NCBI GenBank assembly: GCA_964016885.1
Contig: OZ024750.1
Location: 34,038,001 to 34,102,000 of the forward strand
Reading direction: 5' to 3'
Origin: Eledone cirrhosa
Lineage: Eukaryota
DNA length: 64,000 bases
The position numbers and the translations under genes were made by a program. This document shows, one piece after another, positions 49,903 through 63,500 of the stretch (positions within the stretch are counted from its first letter, which is position 1; the number at the start of each line of letters is the position of its first letter). Below the pieces are notes generated by a model, which had not been told where the DNA came from, did not search any database, and saw nothing but the letters and a program-made list of their open reading frames with translations.

Positions 49903-50437
49903 AATAATTGATATATTTTTACTTATATTTAAATTGTCTTTTAAACTTCTTATTTACCTTAGTATATCTTGTAACTTCTAATAACATTGTACCTTTTACT
50001 TAACTTACTCAGGAGGTGTTAATTGAAACACATATACCGTGTATTTCATTAGAAATATGGTAATGAGAAAGTTAAATAACTAATAATCTATTTTTCTACT
50101 TAAACTTCTTATTTACCTTAGTATATCTTGTATCTTATCACATTTTTACCTTTTACTTGACTTGCACAGAAGGTATTGATTATTATCATTTCTTTCTCTT
50201 TTTTTTTATCAAATCTGTTTGAGTAGATTATTTGAAAATGAAGTTATTTTGGAAACCAATTCTGTTATTGTACAATCAATATATTTAGAAGCTATGTAGT
50301 CAGTAGTCTACTATATTCTATCTGATGGTCTTTTTACAAATGAATACATGCAAGCATATGGTTGCTTAGAATAATCCCTTTCTATACTGTATAATTTTCT
50401 ACTGTAGAAATTATTTATACATATGTATGTATAATTC

Positions 50438-50501
<64 letters not shown>

Positions 50502-50506
<5 letters not shown>

Positions 50507-50710
50507 TGCAGGGCGATCAAAATAGACGGTAGACTCGGAGTAGGCAGACCCAGAAAATCCTGGGACGACTTGATAAATTCCGACCTCACACACTTACACC
50601 GCTCCAAAACAATGTCACTGGACCGACATCTTTGGCGCTACGCAGTAATACAGAAGACCCGCCTTACCTAAGTACAAAGTGAAACCTACAGTCAGTAGGC
50701 ACCTCTAACT
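50502..50710 (+). mobile_element. Short RTE fragment (ORF end and start of 3'UTR) following (TA)n
   Basis: Near match to 28337-28545; (TA)n at 50441-50501. Confidence 0.9.
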
Positions 50711-51255
50711 AAATACCCAGATTTACTACAACTAAATACCCAGATTTACTACAACTAAATACCCAGATTTACTACAACTAAATACCCAGATTTACTACAA
50801 CTAAATACCCAGATTTACTACAACTAAATACCCAGATTTACTACAACTAAATACCCAGATTTACTACAACTAAATACCCAGATTTATTATAACTAAACAC
50901 CCAGATTTATTATAACTAAACACCCAGATTTATTATAACTAAATATCAAGATTTATTATAATAAACCTGGGTATTTAGTTGTAATAAATCTGGGTATTTA
51001 GTTGTAATAAATCTGGGTATTTAGTTGTAATAAATCTGGGTATTTAGTTGTAGTAAATCTGGGTATTTAGTTGTAGTAAATCTGGGTATTTAGTTGTAAT
51101 AAATCTGGGTATTTAGTTGTAGTAAATCTGGGTATTACAATAAACCTGGGTAGTTAGTTGTAATAAATCAGGGTACTTAGTTGTAATAAATCTGGGTAGT
51201 TAGTTGTAATAAATCTGGGTAGTTAGTTGTAATAAATCTGGGTATTTAGTTATAA
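50707..51255. repeat. Fold-back (inverted) 23-bp minisatellite
   Basis: (aactaaatacccagatttactac) x~11, then its reverse complement x~13; palindromic centre tttattataataaa at 50952-50965. Confidence 0.93.
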
Positions 51256-51574
51256 TATAATCCTTAAAATATTTTCTACTGTTTAACTCTTAATATCCTT
51301 ACCATTGTTTAATTATTAAAACAATGAGGATGATTCTGCAATAATTTAGCAGAAAATAGTTAAAAAGAGGTTTAATTCCAATGTTTGTAGTATTGTGAGA
51401 GAGAGTGAGATGGGTGGTGCACATAATATAGGCAGGCAATCTTAAAATGCACCCAGCACACTCTGTAAAGTTGCTGATTATTGAATGGAGACAATATAGA
51501 GTAGAGCAGCAGGGACATCTTTCTCTTTTATAGGATATAATATCTCTAGTGTTTGTTTCATAAAATACAGCTAG

Positions 51575-54500
51575 TCCAACCTGTAATGTGGTTGGTATTA
51601 GGGAGGACATCCAGTCCAGCCTGTCATGTGGTTGGTATTAGGGAGGACATCCAGTCCAGTCCAGTCTGTCATGTGGTTGGTATTAGGAAGGACATCCAGT
51701 CCAGTCTGTAATGTGGTTGGTATTAGGGAGGACATCCAGTCCAGTCTGTAATGTGGTTGGTATTAGAGAGGACATCCAGTCCAGTCCAGTCTGTCATGTG
51801 GTTGGTATTAGGAAGGACATCCAGTCCAGTCTGTAATGTGGTTGGTATTAGGAAGGACATCCAGTCCAGTCTGTAATGTGGTTGGTATTAGGGAGGACAT
51901 CCAGTCCAGTCTGTCATGTGGTTGGTATTAGGGAGGACATCCAGTCCAGTCTGTAATGTGGTTGGTATTAGGGAGGACATCCAGTCCAGTCTGTAATGTG
52001 GTTGGTATTAGGGAGGACATCCAGTTCAGTCTGTCATGTGGTTGGTATTAGGGAGGACATCCAGTCCAGTCTGTAATGTGGTTGGTATTAGGGAGGACAT
52101 CCAGTTCAGTCTGTCATGTGGTTGGTATTAGGGAGGACATCCAGTCCAGTCTGTAATGTGGTTGGTATTAGGGAGGACATCCAGTTCAGTCTGTCATGTG
52201 GTTGGTATTAGGGAGGACATCCAGTCCAGTCTGTAATATGGTTGGTATTAGGGAGGACATCCAGTTCAGTCTGTCATGTGGTTGGTATTAGGGAGGACAT
52301 CCAGTCCAGTCTGTAATGTGGTTGGTATTAGGGAGGACATCCAGTCCAGTCTGTAATGTGGTTGGTATTAGGGAGGATATCCAGTTCAGTCTGTCATGTG
52401 GTTGGTATTAGGGAGGACATCCAGTCCAGTCTGTCATGTGGTTGGTATTAGGGAGGACATCCAGTCCAGTCTGTCATGTGGTTGGTATTAGGGAGGACAT
52501 CCAGTTCAGTCTGTCATGTGGTTGGTATTAGGGAGGACATCCAGTCCACCCTGTCATGTGGTTGGTATTAGGGAGGACATCCAGTTCAGTCTGTCATGTG
52601 GTTGGTATTAGAGAGGACATCCAGTCCAGTCTGTAATGTGGTTGGTATTAGGGAGGACATCCAGTTCAGTCTGTCATGTGGTTGGTATTAGGGAGGACAT
52701 CCAGTCCAGTCTGTCATGTGGTTGGTATTAGGGAGGACATCCAGTTCAGTCTGTAATGTGGTTGGTATTAGGGAGGACATCCAGTTCAGTCTGTAATGTG
52801 GTTGGTATTAGGGAGGACATCCAGTCCAGTCTGTCATGTGGTTGGTATTAGGGAGGACATCCAGTCCAGTCTGTAATGTGGTTGGTATTAGGGAGGACAT
52901 CCAGTTCAGTCTGTAATGTGGTTGGTATTAGGGAGGACATCCAGTTCAGTCTGTCATGTGGTTGGTATTAGGGAGGACATCCAGTTCAGTCTGTCATGTG
53001 GTTGGTATTAGGGAGGACATCCAGTCCAGTCTGTCATGTGGTTGGTATTAGCGAGGACATCCAGTCCAGTCTGTCATGTGGTTGGTATTAGGGAGGACAT
53101 CCAGTCCAGTCTGTAATGTGGTTGGTATTAGGGAGGACATCTAGTCCAGTCCAGTCTGTCATGTGGTTGGTATTAGGAAGGACATCCAGTCCAGTCTGTC
53201 ATGTGGTTGGTATTAGGGAGGACATCCAGTCCAGTCTGTCATGTGGTTGGTATTACGGAGGACATCCAGTCCAGCCTGTAATGTGGTTGGTATTAGGGAG
53301 GACATCCAGTCCAGTCAGTAATGTGATTGGTATTAGGGAGGACATCCAGTCCAGTCTGTAATGTGGTTGGTATTAGGGAGGACATCCAGTCCAGTCTGTA
53401 ATGTGGTTGGTATTAGAGAGGACATCCAGTCCAGTCCAGTCTGTCATGTGGTTGGTATTAAGAAGGACATCCAGTCCAGTCTGTAATGTGGTTGGTATTA
53501 GGAAGGACATCCAGTCCAGTCTGTAATGTGATTGGTATTAGGAAGGACATCCAGTCCAGTCTGTAATGTGGTTGGTATTAGGAAGGACATCCAGTCCAGT
53601 CTGTCATGTGGTTGGTATTAGGGAGGACATCCAGTCCAGTCTGTCATGTGGTTGGTATTAGGGAGGACATCCAGTTCAGTCTGTCATGTGGTTGGTATTA
53701 GGGAGGACATCCAGTTCAGTCTGTCATGTGGTTGGTATTAGGGAGGACATCCAGTCCAGTCTGTCATGTGGTTGGTATTAGGGAGGACATCCAGTCCAGT
53801 CTGTAATGTGGTTGGTATTAGGGAGGACATCCAGTCCAGTCTGTCATGTGGTTGGTATTAGGAAGGACATCCAGTCCAGTCTGTCATGTGGTTGGTATTA
53901 GGGGAGGACATCCAGTCCAGTCTGTCATGTGGTTGGTATTAGGAAGGACATCCAGTCCAGTCTGTCATGTGGTTGGTATTAGGGGAGGACATCCAGTCCA
54001 GTCTGTCATGTGGTTGGTATTAGGGGAGAACATCCAGTCCAGTCTGTCATGTGGTTGGTATTAGGGGAGGACATCCAGTCCAGCCTGTAATGTGGTTGGT
54101 ATTAGGGAGGACATCCAGTCCAGTCTGTAATGTGGTTGGTATTAGGGAGGACATCCAGTCCAGTCTGTCATGTGGTTGGTATTAGGGAGGACATCCAGTC
54201 CAGTCTGTCATGTGGTTGGTATTAGGAAGGACATCCAGTCCAGTCTGTCATGTGGTTGGTATTAGGGAGGACATCCAGTCCAGTCTGTAATGTGGTTGGT
54301 ATTAGGGAGGACATCCAGTCCAGTCTGTAATGTGGTTGGTATTAGGGAGGACATCCAGTCCAGTCTGTCATGTGGTTGGTTTTAGGGAGGACATCCAGTC
54401 CAGTCTGTAATGTAGTTGGTATTAGGGAGGACATCCAGTCCAGTCTGTAATGTGGTTGGTATTAGGGAGGACATCCAGTTCAGTCTGTCATGTGGTTGGT

Positions 54501-57500
54501 ATTAGGAAGGACATCCAGTCCAGTCTGTCATGTGGTTGGTATTAGGGAGGACATCCAGTTCAGTCTGTCATGTGGTTGGTATTAGGGAGGACATCCAGTT
54601 CAGTCTGTAATGTGGTTGGTATTAGGAAGGACATCCAGTTCAGTCTGTCATGTGGTTGGTATTAGGAAGGACATCCAGTCCAGTCTGTCATGTGGTTGGT
54701 ATTAGGAAGGACATCCAGTCCAGTCTGTCATGTGGTTGGTATTAGGGAGGACATCCAGTCCAGTCTGTCATGTGGTTGGTATTAGGAAGGACATCCAGTC
54801 CAGTCTGTCATGTGGTTGGTATTAGGAAGGACATCCAGTCCAGTCTGTAATGTGGTTGGTATTAGGGAGGACATCCAGTCCAGTCTGTCATGTGGTTGGT
54901 ATTAGGAAGGACATCCAGTCCAGTCTGTAATGTGGTTGGTATTAGGGAGGACATCCAGTCCAGTCTGTCATGTGGTTGGTATTAGGAAGGACATCCAGTC
55001 CAGTCTGTCATGTGGTTGGTATTAGGGAGGACATCCAGTCCAGTCTGTCATGTGGTTGGTATTAGGAAGGACATCCAGTCCAGTCTGTCATGTGGTTGGT
55101 ATTAGGGAGGACATCCAGTCCAGTCTGTCATGTGGTTGGTATTAGGAAGGACATCCAGTCCAGTCTGTCATGTGGTTGGTATTAGGGAGGACATCCAGTC
55201 CAGTCTGTAATGTGGTTGGTATTAGGGAGGACATCCAGTCCAGTCTGTCATGTGGTTGGTATTAGGGAGGACATCCAGTCCAGTCTGTCATGTGGTTGGT
55301 ATTAGGGAGGACATCCAGTTCAGTCTGTAATGTGGTTGGTATTAGGGAGGACATCCAGTCCAGTCTGTCATGTGGTTGGTATTAGGGGAGGACATCCAGT
55401 CCAGCCTGTAATGTGGTTGGTATTAGGGAGGACATCCAGTCCAGCCTGTAATGTGGTTGGTATTAGGAAGGACATCCAGTCCAGTCTGTCATGTGGTTGG
55501 TATTAGGGGGGACATCCAGTCCAGTCTGTCATGTGGTTGGTATTAGGGAGGTCATCCAGTTCAGTCTGTAATGTGGTTGGTATTAGGAAGGACATCCAGT
55601 CCAGTCTGTAATGTGGTTGGTATTAGGAAGGACATCCAGTCCAGTCTGTAATGTGATTGGTATTAGGAAGGACATCCAGTCCAGTCTGTAATGTAGTTGG
55701 TATTAGGAAGGAGATCCAGTCCAGTCTGTCATGTGGTTGGTATTAGGGAGGACATCCAGTCCAGTCTGTCATGTGGTTGGTATTAGGGAGGACATCCAGT
55801 TCAGTCTGTCATGTGGTTGGTATTAGGGAGGACATCCAGTTCAGTCTGTCATGTGGTTGGTATTAGGTAGGACATCCAGTCCAGTCTGTCATGTGGTTGG
55901 TATTAGGGAGGACATCCAGTCCAGTCTGTAATGTGGTTGGTATTAGGGAGGACATCCAGTCCAGTCTGTCATGTGGTTGGTATTAGGAAGGACATCCAGT
56001 CCAGTCTGTCATGTGGTTGGTATTAGGGGAGGACATCCAGTCCAGTCTGTCATGTGGTTGGTATTAGGAAGGACATCCAGTCCAGTCTGTCATGTGGTTG
56101 GTATTAGGGGAGGACATCCAGTCCAGTCTGTCATGTGGTTGGTATTAGGGGAGGACATCCAGTCCAGTCTGTCATGTGGTTGGTATTAGGGGAGGACATC
56201 CAGTCCAGCCTGTAATGTGGTTGGTATTAGGGAGGACATCCAGTCCAGTCTGTAATGTGGTTGGTATTAGGGAGGACATCCAGTCCAGTCTGTCATGTGG
56301 TTGGTATTAGGGAGGACATCCAGTTCAGTCTGTCATGTGGTTGGTATTAGGGAGGACATCCAGTTCAGTCTGTAATGTGGTTGGTATTAGGAAGGACATC
56401 CAGTCCAGTCTGTCATGTGGTTGGTATTAGGGAGGACATCCAGTTCAGTCTGTCATGTGGTTGGTATTAGGGAGGACATCCAGTTCAGTCTGTAATGTGG
56501 TTGGTATTAGGGTAGGACATCCAGTCCAGTCTGTCATGTGGTTGGTATTAGGAAGGACATCCAGTCCAGTCTGTAATGTGGTTGGTATTAGGGAGGACAT
56601 CCAGTCCAGTCTGTCATGTGGTTGGTATTAGGAAGGACATCCAGTCCAGTCTGTAATGTGGTTGGTATTAGGGAGGACATCCAGTCCAGTCTGTCATGTG
56701 GTTGGTATTAGGAAGGACATCCAGTCCAGTCTGTCATGTGGTTGGTATTAGGGAGGACATCCAGTGCAGTCTGTCATGTGGTTGGTATTAGGAAGGACAT
56801 CCAGTCCAGTCTGTAATGTGGTTGGTATTAGGAAGGACATCCAGTCCAGTCTGTCATGTGGTTGGTATTAGGGAGGACATCCAGTCCAGCCTGTAATGTG
56901 GTTGGTATTAGGGAGGACATCCAGTCCAGTCTGTCATGTGGTTGGTATTAGGGAGGACATCCAGTCCAGCCTGTAATGTGGTTGGTATTAGGGAGGACAT
57001 CCAGTTCAGTCTGTAATGTGGTTGGTATTAGGAAGGACATCCAGTCCAGTCTGTAATGTGGTTGGTATTAGGATGGACATCCAGTCCAGTCTGTCATGTG
57101 GTTGGTATTAGGGAGGACATCCAGTCCAGCCTGTAATGTGGTTGGTATTAGGGAGGACATCCAGTCCAGTCTGTCATGTGGTTGGTATTAGGGAGGACAT
57201 CCAGTCCAGTCTGTAATGTGGTTGGTATTAGGGAGGACATCCAGTCCAGTCTGTAATGTGGTTGGTATTAGGGAGGACATCCAGTCCAGTCTGTAATGTG
57301 GTTGGTATTAGGGAGGACATCCAGTCCAGTCTGTCATGTGGTTGGTATTAGGGAGGACATCCAGTCCAGTCTGTAATGTAGTTGGTATTAGGGAGGACAT
57401 CCAGTCCAGTCTGTAATGTGGTTGGTATTAGGGAGGACATCCAGTTCAGTCTGTCATGTGGTTGGTATTAGGAAGGACATCCAGTCCAGTCTGTCATGTG

Positions 57501-60500
57501 GTTGGTATTAGGGAGGACATCCAGTTCAGTCTGTCATGTGGTTGGTATTAGGGAGGACATCCAGTTCAGTCTGTAATGTGGTTGGTATTAGGAAGGACAT
57601 CCAGTCCAGTCTGTCATGTGGTTGGTATTAGGGAGGACATCCAGTTCAGTCTGTCATGTGGTTGGTATTAGGGAGGACATCCAGTTCAGTCTGTAATGTG
57701 GTTGGTATTAGGAAGGACATCCAGTCCAGTCTGTCATGTGGTTGGTATTAGGAAGGACATCCAGTCCAGTCTGTCATGTGGTTGGTATTAGGGAGGACAT
57801 CCAGTCCAGTCTGTCATGTGGTTGGTATTAGGAAGGACATCCAGTCCAGTCTGTCATGTGGTTGGTATTAGGAAGGACATCCAGTCCAGTCTGTAATGTG
57901 GTTGGTATTAGGGAGGACATCCAGTCCAGTCTGTCATGTGGTTGGTATTAGGAAGGACATCCAGTCCAGTCTGTAATGTGGTTGGTATTAGGGAGGACAT
58001 CCAGTCCAGTCTGTCATGTGGTTGGTATTAGGAAGGACATCCAGTCCAGTCTGTCATGTGGTTGGTACTAGGGAGGACATCCAGTCCAGTCTGTCATGTG
58101 GTTGGTATTAGGAAGGACATCCAGTCCAGTCTGTCATGTGGTTGGTATTAGGGAGGACATCCAGTCCAGTCTGTCATGTGGTTGGTATTAGGAAGGACAT
58201 CCAGTCCAGTCTGTCATGTGGTTGGTATTAGGGAGGACATCCAGTCCAGTCTGTAATGTGGTTGGTATTAGGGAGGACATCCAGTCCAGTCTGTCATGTG
58301 GTTGGTATTAGGGAGGACATCCAGTCCAGTCTGTCATGTGGTTGGTATTAGGGAGGACATCCAGTTCAGTCTGTAATGTGGTTGGTATTAGGGAGGACAT
58401 CCAGTCCAGTCTGTCATGTGGTTGGTATTAGGGGAGGACATCCAGTCCAGCCTGTAATGTGGTTGGTATTAGGGAGGACATCCAGTCCAGCCTGTAATGT
58501 GGTTGGTATTAGGAAGGACATCCAGTCCAGTCTGTCATGTGGTTGGTATTAGGGGGGACATCCAGTCCAGTCTGTCATGTGGTTGGTATTAGGGAGGTCA
58601 TCCAGTTCAGTCTGTAATGTGGTTGGTATTAGGAAGGACATCCAGCCCAGTCTGTAATGTGGTTGGTATTAGGAAGGACATCCAGTCCAGTCTGTAATGT
58701 GATTGGTATTAGGAAGGACATCCAGTCCAGTCTGTAATGTAGTTGGTATTAGGAAGGAGATCCAGTCCAGTCTGTCATGTGGTTGGTATTAGGGAGGACA
58801 TCCAGTCCAGTCTGTCATGTGGTTGGTATTAGGGAGGACATCCAGTTCAGTCTGTCATGTGGTTGGTATTAGGGAGGACATCCAGTTCAGTCTGTCATGT
58901 GGTTGGTATTAGGTAGGACATCCAGTCCAGTCTGTCATGTGGTTGGTATTAGGGAGGACATCCAGTCCAGTCTGTAATGTGGTTGGTATTAGGGAGGACA
59001 TCCAGTCCAGTCTGTCATGTGGTTGGTATTAGGAAGGACATCCAGTCCAGTCTGTCATGTGGTTGGTATTAGGGGAGGACATCCAGTCCAGTCTGTCATG
59101 TGGTTGGTATTAGGAAGGACATCCAGTCCAGTCTGTCATGTGGTTGGTATTAGGGGAGGACATCCAGTCCAGTCTGTCATGTGGTTGGTATTAGGGGAGG
59201 ACATCCAGTCCAGTCTGTCATGTGGTTGGTATTAGGGGAGGACATCCAGTCCAGCCTGTAATGTGGTTGGTATTAGGGAGGACATCCAGTCCAGCCTGTA
59301 ATGTGGTTGGTATTAGGAAGGACATCCAGTCCAGTCTGTCATGTGGTTGGTATTAGGGGGGACATCCAGTCCAGTCTGTCATGTGGTTGGTATTAGGGAG
59401 GTCATCCAGTTCAGTCTGTAATGTGGTTGGTATTAGGAAGGACATCCAGTCCAGTCTGTAATGTGGTTGGTATTAGGAAGGACATCCAGTCCAGTCTGTA
59501 ATGTGGTTGGTATTAGGGAGGACATCCAGTCCAGTCTGTCATGTGGTTGGTATTAGGGAGGACATCCAGTCCAGTCTGTCATGTGGTTGGTATTAGGGAG
59601 GACATCCAGTTCAGTCTGTCATGTGGTTGGTATTAGGGAGGACATCCAGTTCAGTCTGTAATGTGGTTGGTATTAGGAAGGACATCCAGTCCAGTCTGTC
59701 ATGTGGTTGGTATTAGGGAGGACATCCAGTTCAGTCTGTCATGTGGTTGGTATTAGGGAGGACATCCAGTTCAGTCTGTAATGTGGTTGGTATTAGGGTA
59801 GGACATCCAGTCCAGTCTGTCATGTGGTTGGTATTAGGAAGGACATCCAGTCCAGTCTGTAATGTGGTTGGTATTAGGGAGGACATCCAGTCCAGTCTGT
59901 CATGTGGTTGGTATTAGGAAGGACATCCAGTCCAGTCTGTAATGTGGTTGGTATTAGGGAGGACATCCAGTCCAGTCTGTCATGTGGTTGGTATTAGGAA
60001 GGACATCCAGTCCAGTCTGTCATGTGGTTGGTATTAGGGAGGACATCCAGTGCAGTCTGTCATGTGGTTGGTATTAGGAAGGACATCCAGTCCAGTCTGT
60101 AATGTGGTTGGTATTAGGAAGGACATCCAGTCCAGTCTGTCATGTGGTTGGTATTAGGGAGGACATCCAGTCCAGCCTGTAATGTGGTTGGTATTAGGGA
60201 GGACATCCAGTCCAGTCTGTCATGTGGTTGGTATTAGGGAGGACATCCAGTCCAGCCTGTAATGTGGTTGGTATTAGGGAGGACATCCAGTTCAGTCTGT
60301 AATGTGGTTGGTATTAGGAAGGACATCCAGTCCAGTCTGTAATGTGGTTGGTATTAGGATGGACATCCAGTCCAGTCTGTCATGTGGTTGGTATTAGGGA
60401 GGACATCCAGTCCAGCCTGTAATGTGGTTGGTATTAGGGAGGACATCCAGTCCAGTCTGTCATGTGGTTGGTATTAGGGAGGACATCCAGTCCAGCCTGT

Positions 60501-63500
60501 AATGTGGTTGGTATTAGGGAGGACATCCAGTCCAGTCTGTCATGTGGTTGGTATTAGGGAGGACATCCAGTCCAGCCTGTAATGTGGTTGGTATTAGGGA
60601 GGACATCCAGTTCAGTCTGTAATGTGGTTGGTATTAGGAAGGACATCCAGTCCAGTCTGTAATGTGGTTGGTATTAGGAAGGACATCCAGTCCAGTCTGT
60701 AGTGTGGTTGGTATTAGGAAGGACATCCAGTCCAGTCTGTAATGTGGTTGGTATTAGGGAGGACATCCAGTCCAGTCTGTCATGTGGTTGGTATTAGGGA
60801 GGACATCCAGTTCAGTCTGTCATGTGGTTGGTATTAGGGAGGACATCCAGTCCAGCCTGTAATGTGGTTGGTATTAGGAAGGACATCCAGTCCAGTCTGT
60901 CATGTGGTTGGTATTAGGGAGGACATCCAGTCCAGTCTGTAACGTGGTTGGTATTAGGGAGGACATCCAGTCCAGTCTGTAATGTGGTTGGTATTAGGAA
61001 GGACATCCAGTCCAGTCTGTCATGTGGTTGGTATTAGGGAGGACATCCAGTCCAGTCTGTAATGTGGTTGGTATTAGGAAGGACATCCAGTCCAGTCTGT
61101 CATGTGGTTGGTATTAGGAAGGACATCCAGCCCAGTCTGTCATGTGGTTGGTATTAGGAAGGACATCCAGTCCAGTCTGTCATGTGGTTGGTATTAGGGA
61201 GGACATCCAGTCCAGTCTGTAATGTGGTTGGTATTAGGGAGGACATCCAGTCCAGTCTGTAATGTGGTTGGTATTAGGGAGGACATCCAGTCCAGTCTGT
61301 CATGTGGTTGGTATTAGGGAGGACATCCAGTCCAGTCTGTCATGTGGTTGGTATTAGGGAGGACATCCAGTCCAGTCTGTCATGTGGTTGGTATTAGGGA
61401 GGACATCCAGTCCAGTCTGTCATGTGGTTGGTATTAGGGAGGACATCCAGTCCAGTCTGTCATGTGGTTGTTATTAGGGAGGACATACAGTCCAGTCTGT
61501 AATGTGGTTGGTATTAGGGAGGACATCCAGTCCAGCCTGTCATGTGGTTGGTATTAGGGAGGACATCCAGTCCAGTCTGTCATGTGGTTGGTATTAGGGA
61601 GGACATCCAGTCCAGTCTGTAATGTAATTGGTATTAGGAAGGACATCCAGTCCAGCCTGTCATGTGGTTGGTATTAGGAAGGACATCCAGTCCAGCCTGT
61701 CATGTGGTTGGTATTAGGGAGGACATCCAGTCCAGTCTGTAATGTAATTGGTATTAGGAAGGACATCCAGTCCAGCCTGTCATGTGGTTGGTGTTAGGGA
61801 GGACATCCAGTCCAGTCTGTCATGTGGTTGGTATTAGGAAGGACATCCAGTCCAGTCTGTAGTGTGGTTGGTATTAGGAAGGACATCCAGTCCAGTCTGT
61901 AATGTGGTTGGTATTAGGGAGGACATCCAGTCCAGTCTGTCATGTGGTTGGTATTAGGGAGGACATCCAGTTCAGTCTGTCATGTGGTTGGTATGAGGGA
62001 GGACATCCAGTCCAGCCTGTAATGTGGTTGGTATTAGGAAGGACATCCAGTCCAGTCTGTCATGTGGTTGGTATTAGGGAGGACATCCAGTCCAGTCTGT
62101 AATGTGGTCGGTATTAGGGAGGACATCCAGTCCAGTCTGTAATGTGGTTGGTATTAGGAAGGACATCCAGTCCAGTCTGTCATGTGGTTTGTATTAGGGA
62201 GGACATCCAGTCCAGTCTGTAATGTGGTTGGTATTAGGAAGGACATCCAGTCCAGTCTGTCATGTGGTTGGTATTAGGAAGGACATCCAGTCCAGTCTGT
62301 CATGTGGTTGGTATTAGGAAGGACATCCAGTCCAGTCTGTCATGTGGTTGGTATTAGGGAGGACATCCAGTCCAGTCTGTAATGTGGTTGGTATTAGGGA
62401 GGACATCCAGTCCAGTCTGTAATGTGGTTGGTATTAGGGAGGACATCCAGTCCAGTCTGTCATGTGGTTGGTATTAGGGAGGACATCCAGTCCAGTCTGT
62501 CATGTGGTTGGTATTAGGGAGGACATCCAGTGCAGTCTGTAATGTGGTTGGTATTAGGGAGGACATCCAGTTCAGTCTGTAATGTGGTTGGTATTAGGAA
62601 GGACATCCAGTCCAGTCTGTAATGTGGTTGGTATTAGGATGGACATCCAGTCCAGTCTGTCATGTGGTTGGTATTAGGGAGGACATCCAGTCCAGCCTGT
62701 AATGTGGTTGGTATTAGGGAGGACATCCAGTCCAGTCTGTCATGTGGTTGGTATTAGGGAGGACATCCAGTCCAGCCTGTAATGTGGTTGGTATTAGGGA
62801 GGACATCCAGTCCAGTCTGTCATGTGGTTGGTATTAGGGAGGACATCCAGTCCAGCCTGTAATGTGGTTGGTATTAGGGAGGACATCCAGTTCAGTCTGT
62901 AATGTGGTTGGTATTAGGAAGGACATCCAGTCCAGTCTGTAATGTGGTTGGTATTAGGAAGGACATCCAGTCCAGTCTGTAGTGTGGTTGGTATTAGGAA
63001 GGACATCCAGTCCAGTCTGTAATGTGGTTGGTATTAGGGAGGACATCCAGTCCAGTCTGTCATGTGGTTGGTATTAGGGAGGACATCCAGTTCAGTCTGT
63101 CATGTGGTTGGTATTAGGGAGGACATCCAGTCCAGCCTGTAATGTGGTTGGTATTAGGAAGGACATCCAGTCCAGTCTGTCATGTGGTTGGTATTAGGGA
63201 GGACATCCAGTCCAGTCTGTAACGTGGTTGGTATTAGGGAGGACATCCAGTCCAGTCTGTAATGTGGTTGGTATTAGGAAGGACATCCAGTCCAGTCTGT
63301 CATGTGGTTGGTATTAGGGAGGACATCCAGTCCAGTCTGTAATGTGGTTGGTATTAGGAAGGACATCCAGTCCAGTCTGTCATGTGGTTGGTATTAGGAA
63401 GGACATCCAGCCCAGTCTGTCATGTGGTTGGTATTAGGAAGGACATCCAGTCCAGTCTGTCATGTGGTTGGTATTAGGGAGGACATCCAGTCCAGTCTGT

